Origin: Octopus vulgaris
Lineage: Eukaryota
Direction of reading: 5' to 3'
Assembly: GCA_951406725.2 (NCBI GenBank)
Contig: OX597815.1
Coordinates: 196,416,001 to 196,480,000, forward strand
DNA length: 64,000 nucleotides
Shown: positions 39,983 through 53,424 of the stretch, one piece after another
Position numbering within the stretch: position 1 is the stretch's first letter
Layout: each line of letters opens with the position of its first letter
Position numbers and translations under genes: made by a program
The notes under the pieces: model-generated
The model's database searches: none
What the model was told of the DNA's origin: nothing
Seen by the model: the letters and a program-made list of their open reading frames with translations, nothing else

Positions 39983-40302
39983 GAAGGCACGTGGCTTAGT
40001 GGTTAGGGCATTCTGATCATGATCGTAATGTTATGAGTTCAATTTCCGGCGGCGCGTTGTGTCCTTAAGTAAAACATTTTATTTCATATTGCCCGAATCC
40101 ACTCAGCAGGCAAAAATGAGTAGTACCTGTATTTCAAAGGGCCAGCCATGTCACACTCTGTGACATGCTGAATCTCCCTGAGAACTATGATAAGGGTGCA
40201 CGTGTCTGTGGAGTGCTCTGCCACTTGCGCGTTAATTTCACGAGCAAGCTGTTCCGATGATCGTATCAGCTGGGACACCTGTCGTTGTAAACGACGAAGT
40301 GC
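39983..40302 (+). mobile_element. SINE with Z-like head and Y-type tail
   Basis: Head gaaggcacgtggcttagtggttag; tail gtacctgtatttcaaagggcc...gacgaagtgc shared with 63086-63268. Confidence 0.75.
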
Positions 40303-40874
40303 TATATCAAACACGTGAAAATGAATGTCCATATCGTAACATAGCGCTCATCATGTATTATAAATTAGTACTTTTCACTTTACAAACTACAGCGTTTTGA
40401 GATCAAGCAAAAAAGTGAAAAATATAATACACGTGTGTAGAAATCCTTCTTTTTTAACATTTATGAATAATATAAAATCATTTTACAGAGATGTACTTGC
40501 ATAGCAAGTGACTTGATCTAAGATCATGTGCTGAAACAAAAACAATTGCAACATGGAAGGTGTTTATAATCCATTAAGAAAACACACTAAAACATTTAGA
40601 TTCGCTTCAGCATTTAAATTCAGTTTGTGTCAAAATATTTTCGTCGCTTTGAAACCGCGACCTGGTTTCGTGCTGCAAGAATTCGTGTTGCAATATCATT
40701 CCATGCCATTTAAAGGAAAACGCGTAAGCAACTCCGGTGTATTTCTTTGATATTAAACGTTAAACATTTGAAATGTCTTAACGGTGTTTGTGTTAGCAGG
40801 ACATTTATCATTAGAGGTTAATTTTTTGTGGGGTTAATTTAGAGGTTAATTTTTTGTAAGTAGCTATTTCCTTA

Positions 40875-41100
40875 GGTTGGTGAGCTGGCAGAATCGTTAA
40901 CACACCAGGCGAAGTGTTTCGCAAAATTTGTTCTGCAGTTACGTTCTGAGTTCAAATTCCCCAAGATCGACTTTACCTTTTATCTTTTGGGAGTCGATTA
41001 AATAAGTATCAGTTACGTACTGGGGTCGATGTAATCGACTTAATCCCTTTGTCGGTCCTTGCTTGTCCCTTCTGTGTTTAGTCCGCTGTGGGCAATAAAA
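40875..41100 (+). mobile_element. SINE family W
   Basis: Head and core match. Confidence 0.85.
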
Positions 41101-41389
41101 AAATATTGTTTTGTTACAGTTACAAACATCAATCTCGGAATTTCTTTAATTTTTATGTATTAACACTGTGTTTGGTGACTGCTGTACGTCTTTTCTACGA
41201 GCTCAAAGTACGATTGCCGAGCGAAAAAATGTTTTAAATTTCCAGTTAGATGAGATATCTGTAAGCAATTTGGACGGTGTTTTATTGTATTGCTCCATAT
41301 GAAATAGACTCATTGCAGCCAAAGACCAGCCAAGAGCATCCCGTGAAGTTTTCAAATGCCGTCACTCCTATATTTACTGTATAATTTAT

Positions 41390-41770
41390 GAAGAAGCACT
41401 CCGTCGGTAACGACGATGAGGGTTCCGGTTGATCCGATCAACGGAACAGCCTGCTCGTGAAATTAACGTGTAAGTGGCTGAGCACTACACAGACACGTGT
41501 ACCCTTAACGTAGTTCTCGGGGATATTCAGCGTGACACAGAGAGTGACAAGGCCGGCCCTTTGAAATACAGGTACAACAGAAACAGGAAGTAAGAGTGAG
41601 AGAAAGTGTGGTGAAAGAGTACAGCAGGTATCATCATCATCCCTGCTGGAGCCTCGTGGAGCTTTAGGTGTTTTCGCTCAATAAACACTCACAACGCCCG
41701 GTCTGGGAATCGAAACCGCGATCCTACGACCGCGAGTCCGCTGCCCTAACCACTGGGCCATTGCGCCTCC
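41390..41770 (-). mobile_element. SINE family Y with 14-bp TSD
   Basis: Reverse complement of 62889-63270; TSD actgtataatttat (41376-41389 / 41771-41784). Confidence 0.92.
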
Positions 41771-42163
41771 ACTGTATAATTTATACGGTATTCTAAAGGG
41801 AACGGAGTGCGTTTTGAGATTTGAGTGCAACGTTTAGCAGTTTGAGTGACATGTTTAATAGTTGTATATGTGAGCACTGATTGGCTGATTGGCTGTAATT
41901 TAATGGCACCGAATAATTTGGAAGTACAGGGAGTGGGGGGAGAAAATTGTGACGTATAAAGGTAGGATAGAAGAATAAAAGCAGGATAATGAGCTGGGAA
42001 ACGAGGAACGTCTGCAGTGTGCTCCATTTGTCGAAATGGAAGAATAATCAATAAGAACTTTGTATATAGTCTAGAAGCGTGATGCAAAATGTGGCCCAGG
42101 TGTAGCACCACTATTCCATACGAAACATTTTGTGGTCCTGAACATGTTTCATTTTCCATGGAT

Positions 42164-42587
42164 ACTCTTTTTCTCTTTTACTCTTTTACTTGTTTCAGTC
42201 ATTTGACTGCGGCCATGCTAGAGCACCGCCTTTAGTCGAGCAAAGCGACCCCGGGACTTATTCTTCGTAAGCCCAGTACTTATTTTATCAGTCTCTTTTG
42301 CCGAACCGCTAGGTGACGGGGATGTAAACACACCAGCATCGGTTGTCAAGCAATGCTAAGGGGACAAACACAGACACACAAACACTCACACATACACATA
42401 TATACATATATATATACATATATACGACAGGCTTCTTTCAGTTTCCGTCTACCAAATCCACTCACAAGGCATTGGTCGGCCCGGGGCTATAGCAGAAGAC
42501 ACTTGCCCAAGGAGCCACGCAGTGAGACTGAACCCGGAACCATGTGGTTGGTTAGCAAGCTACTTACCACACAGCCACTCCTGCGCC
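42164..42587 (-). mobile_element. SINE family X
   Basis: Full-length match. Confidence 0.9.
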
Positions 42588-43173
42588 TATATTAAAATAT
42601 GCGTCTTTTATTTCAAGTAAGCATAAACTTAGTCTATTTTCCTTCTCATCATCCATGAACATGTATAATTGATCGTTGTTTTTTTTCGTGTTACCAGTAA
42701 CATCAAGTATGGATAATTCTAGGATGACCTCATATTTCAGTGAACGTTAGAACAGAAAAAGGATGTGATTCTGTGCTGTGACTTTAAGAAACTTAGCTAC
42801 CTTCAGTTTCGTGTTATAAGCAGAGTATTTACATCATGACTGTTTTTCTTTTAATTCAGGGTGGTAGTAATATAAAATGAAAAAAAAAATTGGAAATGGC
42901 TAGTTGTACTACGTCCAAAAAATTAATATGAATTCTTTTTGTTAGGCTGCAAATGTTATGGCAACTGGCCAGCTTCTATTGAGGGTAATAAAATTCTAAC
43001 AAATAATACTCTGAAGAATAGTTAAATTGGAATTTCATCAGAAAAACAAAATATCCGTTGTCTGTTGGTAAAGATAGACAACCTTGTTTGCAGAAATAGT
43101 ACTCCGAACATGAATCAGTCAAAAGTGAAAATTATTTTACCAAATTATATACATTTGATATAATAGCAAAAAT

Positions 43174-43510
43174 GTGAAGGCGCATGGCTCAGTGGTTAGA
43201 GCGTCGAGCTTACGATCGTGAGGTTGTAAGCTCGAATCCCGGACCGGGCTGCGTGTTGTGTTCTCGAGCAAGGCACTTTATTTCACGTTGCTCCAGTTCA
43301 CTCAGCTGTAGAAATGAGGTGCGACGTCACTGGTGCCAAGCTGTATCGACCTTTGTCTTTCCTTTGGATAACACTGGTGGCGTGGAGAGGGAGGCCGGTA
43401 TGCATGGGCGACTGCTGGCCTTCCATAAAAACAACCTTGCCCAGACTTGTGTCTAGGAGGGTAACTTTCTAGGTGCAATCCCATGGTCATTCATGACCGA
43501 AGGGGGTCTA
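43174..43510 (+). mobile_element. SINE family Z with TSD aatagcaaaaat
   Basis: tRNA-like head ggcgcatggctcagtggttagagcg...tcgaatccc; flanking direct repeat. Confidence 0.9.
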
Positions 43511-43689
43511 CAAAATAGCAAAAATAGAGGCACCTCAAATATATGCTTGAAAAGCCTTTTAGTGGCTTGTACCGGAGAACATCACGTAAAATATGTTATA
43601 TTAGTATAAAATGCAATACATTTAGAAAGAATTACAAGAAGGCAAGCGGGAATATCTAAAAATATTGATTGACTATAGTCTTAATCTGT

Positions 43690-44308
43690 TACTCTTTTAC
43701 TCTTTTAATTATTTCAGTCACTTGACTTTGGCAATGCTGGAGCACTGCCTTTAGTCGAGCAAATCGATCCCAGGATTTATTCTTTGTAAGCCTAGTACTT
43801 ATTCTATCGGTATCCTTTGTCGAACCGCTAAGTTACGGGGACGTAAACACACCAGTATCGGTTTTCAAGTGATGTTGGTGGGGACAAACACACAAACTGC
43901 TAAGCCATTCCACTGCTGACAGCCGCCTGTACAATACATGTGTCCTCTACCGAAAAGGTAACCGCTTCCCACGCTTGCTGATCAATTGTTTTGTCTCATT
44001 TTGTCTCAAAGTCGTAAGACGCCCCTTGTCATTCCTGTTTTTATTCGTTACTGTTTCCAATTTTATCTTCGTCTCTTGTTTTCCTATTCGTCTCGGTTGT
44101 CACATTCTTTCCTTCTACCAAGCAAATCTAATGCCCATAGCTTAGCTTTTCCTTGGGGCTGGCCTTTTCGGAGTAAATCTCAGAATTAAACAGCCGAAAT
44201 TTGCCATGATGAATTGGTTTCTGACTGAAGAATGAAGGCTCTGAATTACTGTCCGTTTTTCCGTGTTTGTCAATTCGTGAATTTCACGGTTCTTTATATA
44301 TAAGTTTT

Positions 44309-44361
<53 letters not shown>

Positions 44362-44561
44362 TATATATATATTAATCCAAACAAGAAAGCACAAAAAAAA
44401 CACAACAACGCGAGGATGTGGAGCAAATATAGTATTATTGGACGCTCAGAAAAGAAGGAAAGAAGGAGGGTTTAACGTTTCGAGCGGAGCTCTTCTTCGT
44501 AAACATAGGAGAAGGAAAAATCCAGAGAAGAGAAGAGAGAGGAAAAAAAATCGCCAACGGT

Positions 44562-44610
<49 letters not shown>

Positions 44611-44784
44611 CACAAAAAATACGACGGGTTTCTTTCAGTTTCCGTCTACCAAATCCACTCACAAGGCATTGGTCGGCCCTAGGCTATAGTAGAAGACAGT
44701 TTCCCAAAGTGCCACGTAGTGGGACTGAATCCGGAACCATGTGGTTGGTAAGCAAGCTACTTACCACATAAGCGCTCCTACGCC
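43690..44784 (-). mobile_element. SINE family X split by nested insertions in its microsatellite
   Basis: 3' half at 43690-43895 and 5' half at ~44570-44784, same orientation and collinear. Confidence 0.75.
44376..44566 (-). mobile_element. PLE-type mini element with damaged minimal HHR (same family as 56325-56515)
   Basis: Minus strand gttt-(ac)gaaga-a-gagc(tcc)gctc-GAAACGTT-aaac. Confidence 0.65.
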
Positions 44785-45304
44785 TTGAGAATATTATGAG
44801 TAACACAAAGGTTTTTTTGAAATTGATGAAACTAGGGTTAACCATTCAGGCTTTGCTACGTCGAAAATGCTTATGAACCATATATTAGATCCGTGTTATT
44901 TCTAAGATGTGCACCTGAAGGATTTTGAGGAAATATATTCTTAATGAATAAATAAGAATTTTCCTTTTCAATAAAATAGTATTAAGTTCATAGAAATGAT
45001 TATTTCAAACCTACAGACATACAAAATTACCGAACAGTTATTTATTTCATTTGCAGTAACGTGGCTTCTAGACAGATACTGCTACTCGTATTCATATTCA
45101 GAAAATAACAAACTAGGCGCGGACTGACAAATAAATAGAAGAGTAAATACTAAATAAAGTGAATGAAATACACTATGTAACAACGAAAGAAAGGTACCAA
45201 TATGTTTTTAGTCAATGAAAATCTACAATCTAAATTTATTAATTAGATATATATTTTCATATGTTTTAATTTAAAAAGCGTGGATAATTTCTTAACCCAA
45301 AATA

Positions 45305-45731
45305 GGATCTTTTCGGTTTGAACGGCAGTTTTTTTCTAGCGGTGTCATATGAAATTGTCACCCATAATTATGACCCTAGAATCAATCTATTGCATTTCAA
45401 TCTGTTTTAGGGTTACGGTTAGAGTTAGGGTTAGGGGTGGGGGAAGGGTATCTTTTTTTCTTCAGAAATATAAATAAGCTCAATCTGTTTCTTAAACGAG
45501 GGACATATTCATACGGCACAGACTGCTTCTTAACTCACTAGACGTCACTGATTGGTTGAAATTGCAGAAATTGAAGAAAAAACAACAAATATCTTACAAA
45601 CTATAGAATTTTCTCAATAAAGCCAAGAGAAAAACATGTTTTATAAACACATTCTATCAGTATAAGAAGTTTAAAATTTTTTAGTTGCCTAGAAATTATA
45701 TTAAAAACTGTCGTTCAAACCGAAAAGATCC
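45305..45731 (+). mobile_element. Non-autonomous DNA transposon (MITE), ~28-bp GGATC TIRs, internal TTAGGG-like tract
   Basis: TIR ggatcttttcggtttgaacggcagtttt / aaaactgtcgttcaaaccgaaaagatcc; flanks ccaaaata / ccaaaatg. Confidence 0.9.
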
Positions 45732-46829
45732 CCAAAATGTCCTATTCTGTTGTATAATGTGATTGAAAGTAAATTTCTGTTTGGAAGTACATGCAAGTAT
45801 TTTAAATGGAATTGGTGGACTGCCTTCTTAAAGAAAGGGTTAAATCAGTGTTCTAGGCAGCAATGAGGAAATCAAAGTAGCCTAGAGGACACGGATTAAA
45901 ATTCAAGGAGCGAAATCTAAATTATTGAATGTATCCGCTTTTGATATGATGTCGCGTAATATACGCTTCTTGTAATCATAAATCTGATTTATACATCTAA
46001 TGAGTAGATTTGTCGCCAAACAAATTAACAATATATGTATCAATGGAAATTATGCCTTGTGGCAAATTCCACTCATTAACTACTCCGATCTTACGGTAAT
46101 GAGTCACCGGCATTCGTTTTCGTTTATATTACGTAAATTTCCTAATATGATGTCTGGCAAACACTGGAATTTTGTAGTACATTATGCAAAAGAACATAGA
46201 AATATAAAAGGATAATGCATTAATAAAATAAGCGCACTTAAAGACATCGCTGCTTTTGTATCTATGAGAGGTATGTGAAGCAACCTCTTCATAGTCGCTG
46301 AATGTACTACATGTAGCAACCAAACTACCCTAAAATAACACCTAACGTTTTGAAGAAAGGAAGACACATTGACTAATTTTAATCCTAGTCAGCCTAAGAA
46401 AAGCTATAGGTGAAGTGATCTTAGGTTCAGCAAAACGTCTATTGAATTAGTCGAACAGTACGAAAGCGCCCCATCAGCGTTAAATTACAATCTACTATCC
46501 TAAACATTAAGAATGATATCCTGTTAAAGCAATGCAGCGTAGTGAATACCTAAAACGGGAATGAGTTGATCAGAGCCGGAATGCGTCGATCATAGGTTCT
46601 CTTCATCAGCGTTGAAGAAGATAACCTACAATAATGCATAGACGTACAATAACATAGACATACGAAATACCACTTGCATCAGATCAATCTAGAAATAAAT
46701 TCAACGAGCCACACATTAACTTCCAAATTGTTTCTTCCTACGACACACTCTCTCTTTCTCTCCATCTCCCTCCCTTTGCAACTCTATATATATTTGTGTG
46801 AGGCTACTGTGAGGAAGAATCTAGAAAGA

Positions 46830-46878
<49 letters not shown>

Positions 46879-47481
46879 TGTGTATGTATGTATGTATGCA
46901 AGGATGGATGGATATATGCATGTACTATTTAAGTAAGTATGTGTTTAGCGTCTCTATGTATATATATTTATATTACATACACACGTGTGTGTCTGGGTTT
47001 GTATTTTTCTGTTTGTATTTTTGTTTGTATTGTGTTAGCGTGAGTAGGTGAGCGCGTGTGTTAGTGATTGCGGCCCCAGTATAAATTTCTGCGTTTTAAC
47101 GAAGGAGACTCAACGAAAATGAATCAGTGCTGACATGAACGATGCTATGTATTTTCTTTTTTTATTCCATCATTGATTTTTAGACTATCATTTAACGCAA
47201 TACATCAAAAACTGTAGAACATTAGGAAGAAGAGAAACTGCTAATTAAGTCTAAAAATATAGCTCAGCATTAGTTCGTTAATTGCCTATAACTCACCATT
47301 TTCCTGATTAACTGATTCCCAGAGAAAATAAATAAATAGATCAATGAATGAAAAGAAAATTTCTTCAGAATTTACCGATATAAAATTTAAAAGTGAAAAT
47401 TATTTCGAATGAAGGCCAACATCTAAAATTTTAGACGTCTACGGGGAAACAAACTACTAACGTATATTTTCGATTAGTAAT

Positions 47482-47893
47482 GGATCTTTTCGGTTTGACC
47501 GGCAGTTTTTAAAAATAATTTCCACGTAACTAAACACTTTTAAACTTCGTATACTGGTAGAATGTGTTTATAAAACATCTTTTTCTCTTGGCTTTATTGA
47601 GAAAATTCTATAGTTTGTAAGATATTTCAGATATTCTTCAATTTCTGAAATTTCAACCAATCAATGACGTCTATTGAGGTGAAATATTCTGTGCCGTATG
47701 AATATGTCCCTCGTTTAAGAAACAGATTGGGTTTATTTACATTTCTGAAGAAAAAAAAGGTACCCTTCCCTCCACCCCTAACCCTAACCCTGAAACAGAT
47801 TGAAATGCAATAGATCGATACTAGGGTCATAATTATGGGTGACAATTTTATATGACACCGCTAGAAAAACTGCCGTTCAAACCGAAAAGATCC
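47482..47893 (-). mobile_element. Second copy of the same MITE, opposite orientation
   Basis: Same TIRs; internal ccctaaccctaaccct. Confidence 0.9.
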
Positions 47894-48588
47894 GATTTCT
47901 TCAGAATTTACTGCTATAAAAATTAAAAGTGAAATTTATTTCGAACGAAGGCCAATATCGGAAATTTTAGACGTCTACGGGGAAACAAACTAATGACGTA
48001 TATTTTCGATTAGTAATAACTACATAGAAAATCTGTTTAACGTATTTGTATTGTAAATCTGACAAAAAGATTCCAGTAATCTGGATAATCTTGTTTGTGA
48101 GTAATGACAAGCAGCAATCCTTAGCAGCGATCGAAAATTATTTTGTCTACGAGTTTTAAATTTTCGTAACACGGCTATCTTTGCTCGATAATTGGATAAA
48201 CTTCTTTTATTATTCATTTTGTTATTATCTCCATTGGCAACATTCCAACGAAATTGTTTTTTTTTTCTACGCTGAGCTAGTGGAAGCAATAAACGAACAT
48301 CACTAAAGGACAAAAAGATGAATGAGGAATGCAAGCAGGTTAGACCAATTCAGAGACATATTAGCTTCTTTGTTTGTAATTTAGGTTTTGTGAGATCGAA
48401 AAGTCTTACGTTCGCCAACTTCTAGAATCGCAAGATATTTTGGGAGGCTGTTCCCTCAAATTTGAACATAGAAACATTTAGTTCTAAGACTAAAACCACT
48501 TGCGATTAACATTATCATGCTTGGAAATATTGACCACAGCTATCTGCACCAACGATAACCAATGACATTTCAATGACCAACTATTATT

Positions 48589-48821
48589 TAATTCTTTATT
48601 GCACACATGGGGCTAAACACAGAGGGGATAAACAAAGACAGACAACCGGATTAAGTCGATTATATCGACTCTAGTGCGTAACTGGTTCTTATTTAATCGA
48701 CCTCGAAAGGATGGAAGGCAAAGTTGACCTCGGCGGAATTTGATCTCAGAACGTAGCGGCAGACGAAATATCACTAAGCATTTCGCCTGGCGTGCTAACG
48801 ATTCTGCCAGCTCGCCGCCTT
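48589..48821 (-). mobile_element. SINE family W with 18-bp TSD
   Basis: TSD caatgaccaactattatt (48571-48588 / 48822-48839). Confidence 0.92.
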
Positions 48822-49392
48822 CAATGACCAACTATTATTGACAGGTGTATTAGTTATGTTTGGCACCTAAGAAATATTATCGATACTTTTAAGCAAGGTA
48901 TATAAACTCATGGATTTCACCCTCTTAAGGGATTTCGGTTACTGCAGCCGAGGGCTGTGTGTCTAGGCCCAATTTTGATAGCTTTCGACTCCCAAGTTTC
49001 TCTCTAAGGAATTTCCCTAGCACAGCCAATGCTCATCTAATTTCAGGTCTCTGAAACTCTCACGTGAAATTTCAACTAATTTTTTTTGTTTTTCGCACAT
49101 ATACTTACGAAAGTACACAAGTTACACGTTATGTCTAGATATTCCTTAGTATCATTAAAGTTATTGTTGAATATATTTCCTTTAATCAACCTTTCCTCAC
49201 ATTTTCTTCATCAGTATCTAAAGATTAAAATATGATATGCATGGGCGTAAAATGATGAATAAAGAAGGATTTGACAGACTCCTGAACTAATACAAAAAAA
49301 AAAAAGACGCCGAAAATACGTAGAATGTACAAATAGCATTGTCTTCATTACAAGCAAATATAAGTGTTCCCTGAAGTAAACATTTTTATACA

Positions 49393-50505
49393 TCAGGTCA
49401 TCCCATAAGTTCTGTCCGATTTTACCTTTTTCTTAAAATTAAAAGAAATTTAATAGTATTTTAGAATGTCCAATGAAATTAAAATTTATTTTTATGCATT
49501 TGTGTACATTTAAACTAATTAAATATTATTTTACAGAACTATAGAATTAAAATTTCTTTGATTAAAACCGTTTCTAACATGGAAGTATCCAAAGAGCATT
49601 TGAGGCACATAAATGCTTTATGAGTACAAAAAAGGAAACTCTGCAGCTGAAACGACTCGAAACATACACTCAGTTCATGAATGAAAGAACATACAGAAAA
49701 TGGTTTGCAAAATTCAGAAGTGGAGATTTCAGCCTTGAAGATGACGATCGAACAGGACGTCCAGTTGAGTTTGATGATAAGCTCTTTCAGCCATTACTTG
49801 AAGAAAATCCTGCATTATCAGTTGAGGAATAAAGTTTAGTTCAAACCATACAACTGTTCATCGTCATCTTCAACAACTTGGAAAGGTTCCTAAACTTGGA
49901 AAATGGGTTCCCCATGAATTGTCCTTAAAGCAACCGCAAATCCGGAGTTGAAATCTGCTCTTCTCCCCATTCTCACGAACTCATTTCACCCTTTTTGGAT
50001 AGACTTGGGACTGGTGACGAAAAATGCAACAATCAATCCTCAAGTCTACTGTCAGCAATTAGAGCGTTTGAACTAAGCTTTGAAGAAAAAAAGATCCTCT
50101 TTAGTGAATCGAAAAGGAGTGATGTTACATCAGGACAATGCATGATCCCACATTGTAAAGATCACATCACAGATGATCGAAGAGCTTGGTTGCGAAAAAT
50201 TCCTCATCCACTTTATTCTCCCAGCCTTGCTCCTTCTAACAACCATTTGTTTCGTAATTTGCAGAATCATTTGGAGGACATAACGTTCGCAAGCCAGGAG
50301 GAGGTCGAAACTGACATTTCCGAATTCTTCGCCTTGAAACCAAAAGAGTGTTACATTGATGGGATTAAAAAGCTTGTAAATAGATGGAAGGAAGTCATAG
50401 ATAAAAAGGGAAGGTATATTGATGATTAAATTTCAATTAAATATAATAATTGGTCACTTATTTTTCTTTATTCAAAATTCGTACAGAACTTATGGGATGA
50501 CATGA
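49393..50505 (+). mobile_element. Near full-length decayed mariner transposon
   Basis: TIRs tcaggtcatcccataagttctgtccga / tcgtacagaacttatgggatgacatga followed by TA; broken transposase 49579-50429 with WFAKFRSG, WVPHEL, TGDEK, HPLYSPSLAPSN. Confidence 0.95.
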
Positions 50506-51001
50506 TACAATTATACACATTACGTAGTTCAATGCATATGTTGGAATGTAACTGCAACAATGGAGTGAGAACTATCAAGAACTGGTGAAAATCCTTCGCA
50601 TTCCCAAAACATAAAGACTCGATATTTAAAACTCTTATTAGATTAACACACAACTTGTAATTAATAGTCCGAAATTTTAATCAATAAGGTCAGTGATCAG
50701 GTAAGTCTTTATATTGATTTACTTCGAATTATTCAAATACTTATTTACAGTTCTTGAATAATTCGTGAATAATTCTAAAATGTCTCATGCGTTTATGTAA
50801 ACATTCAACTATCTGGCATGAATTAAAACAAATATTCAAATATCTGGCAGGTTATTCACCAGTTTCATTCACTATTGTTGATCTGAGAGTTTTAAAATCT
50901 GTAAATGTTGATTGCCACACAAAGTACAATCGAACGCGTTGCTCCTGTTTGGGAAGCTAAATTCAGAACCAGATTGTTATGGGGCTTATTTACTAATATC
51001 A

Positions 51002-51240
51002 GGCGGCAAGCTGGCAAAAGCGGCGAGCTGGCAGAACCGTTAGCACGCCGGGCGAAATGCGTAGCCGTATTTCGTCTGCCGTTACGTTCTGAGTTCAAAT
51101 TCCGCCGAGGTCGACTTTGCCATTCATCCTTTCGGGGTCGATAAATTAAGTACCAGTTACTCACTGTAATCGACTTAATCTCTTTGTCTGTCCTTGTTTG
51201 TCACCTCTGTGTTTAGCCCCTTGTGGGTAATAAAGAAACA
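51002..51240 (+). mobile_element. SINE family W with TSD tatttactaatatca
   Basis: Full head, core and tail; flanking direct repeat. Confidence 0.92.
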
Positions 51241-52076
51241 TATTTACTAATATCAAGATGGATTGAGTTATTCTAAAACAAGCGTTCTCATCAGAAACTT
51301 AACAGAACGTCACAAAAAAACCGCGAATCATGATCCATTCAATACTAAAATTGAGAAAAGACCAGTTCCTTTAAAAAATATACTGATTCTAAAATTTAAG
51401 ACTAGACTCAATATGAAATCATTTATCGTACGGGAAAAGATCGACTTTTTACAGATGAATTGTGTGTGTGTGTAGGTAAGTTTGGTACATTGATCACAAA
51501 TATTTGATTATTAGGATTTTTCCCTAACACTATAATTATTTTTAATATAGCCTGATTTTGAGAAATCAGATTCTATATATCTTTGTATTGAAAGATCAGT
51601 GCAGGATATTGTTCCTTAACACGTGAATTACTGGACATTTTAAAATGTATTCCCTTTACGTTTTTCAGAATTGTGCTGTAGACCAAAATTCCATCAAAGG
51701 GATATGCTACTTCAGCGTTCAAGGCACATACATGCAGTAATGTAGAGTTACATCAATATGCTAACAACCAACACTGGACAGAACTGACGTCATCAGAGGG
51801 TACTGAAAAGTTCCTGGTCTTAATGGCGTCGCGAAAAGTTTGGCTTGAGGTCTAAATTTCGGAGGTCTTTTACAATGCAATGAATGCTACGCGCTTTGCA
51901 GGATAGTAATATAATATTCGTAGCCCCAATGATTTTATCTATGGACATAACTAGCTACACACTCTATTCGAAATTGATTAAATAAGTACCAGTTGAGCAT
52001 TGGAGTAATTACAATCAACTAGCGCCTACCCACAAACGATTCAGGTTTTCTAAAAAGGATTCTTCTTCTTCTTCTT

Positions 52077-52157
<81 letters not shown>

Positions 52158-53348
52158 CGTTTGACTTTTGCGTTGTATTTATACAACTTGTCTTCAAGTC
52201 TCACCCAGGGAACTCAAGAGACAGTAAGTTAGAAGTTCATGCTGGTGTTATGTCTAGGGTGTCATATATTCGGTTTTGCACATAGTATTATTCCAGAGAA
52301 TTTTGAAGAATCCATAAGAAAATTATGTGTTTGCTTTAAAATTTGAGATTACATAGTCAGTATTTTACGTAGGACATGGGCAGGTCCCATGACCATTATC
52401 TTTTCAATTTCCGCCATTTTGGGGTTTCCTGGCATCTGAGCTATATCCCCTTTTGCTATCATTACAAGGGCACATATAACATCAGGTATTGTTTTAGTCT
52501 TCAAGTTACAAATTTTGTCAATTTCTATTTCAAGATCTATACACTTGCTCAGTGTTTGGTAGGTCTTGACAAATACATTTATGTCGATTCGATTAGGACA
52601 GTTAAATCAATAAGGAGGCATGATTTTTGTCTGAAGTCTTTCAATATAACGTCTGGTCTATTTGCATCTATATGTCTGTCAGTTTGAACGGCGAAGTTCC
52701 AGAGGAGTGAGATGTGATCATTTTCAAACACTGGAGGTGTTTTGTGTTCCCACCAGTTTTTATCATGGGACAGTTCCAGGTTTTTGCAAATTACTTCGTG
52801 AATAAACCGTGCTACTCTATCATGCCTGCTGAGATACTCTATAGATGCAAAAAGACGGCACATGGAGACAATATGATCAATGGTTTCACTTCGTTGTTTA
52901 CATACACGACATGTTGTCCTACTGCCGTTCTTTAACCTGTTGGCCTGGTAGTACCTTGTAGGTAGGCATTGATGATGGGCTGCTATGATAAATACTTCTG
53001 TCTCAGATTTTAAACCAGAAGTCGCTAAGCATTGACAAGTAAGGGCTTTATCAATATCAGCATTATTAGCTGTATTTGGGTAATTGCCATTGAGAGTTTC
53101 TTCTTTTATCAGTAAATATATCTAAGACAGCCGTTTTAGCATGGGTTTTCATACGCTTAGCTTTTTCTGAGCTTGTTTCCAGAACGTCTAATTATTGTAT
53201 TTATTGTACTTGGAATTCACTTAGATATTACTTTGCCTCTTTTGTTACTGTGTATGATGCTTTCTTGTTTTCATCCTTTAAAACAGATTTTAACATCCAG
53301 TCATCAGAGTTTTTCAGGTAGGTGTTGAGGCTAATTGTGGCTATCTTT
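52158..53348 (-). mobile_element. R4/Dong-like RLE non-LTR retrotransposon, 3' ~1.2 kb
   Basis: EYLSRHDRVARFIH...LLWNFAVQTDRHIDANRPDVIL...LIDLTV; 3' end runs into (TAA)n. Confidence 0.88.
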
Positions 53349-53424
53349 TCGTGGAAGAAGATTTATGTTCTTATAACCTGTGTTTATTCTGTAACCCTTT
53401 CAACTGGAAGATAAGAAAGTTCAT

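Noticed and set aside
43176-43250. tRNA-like sequences at SINE heads (also 18106, 62889, 63844)
   Set aside because: Continuous with SINE bodies, several with TSDs; not tRNA genes
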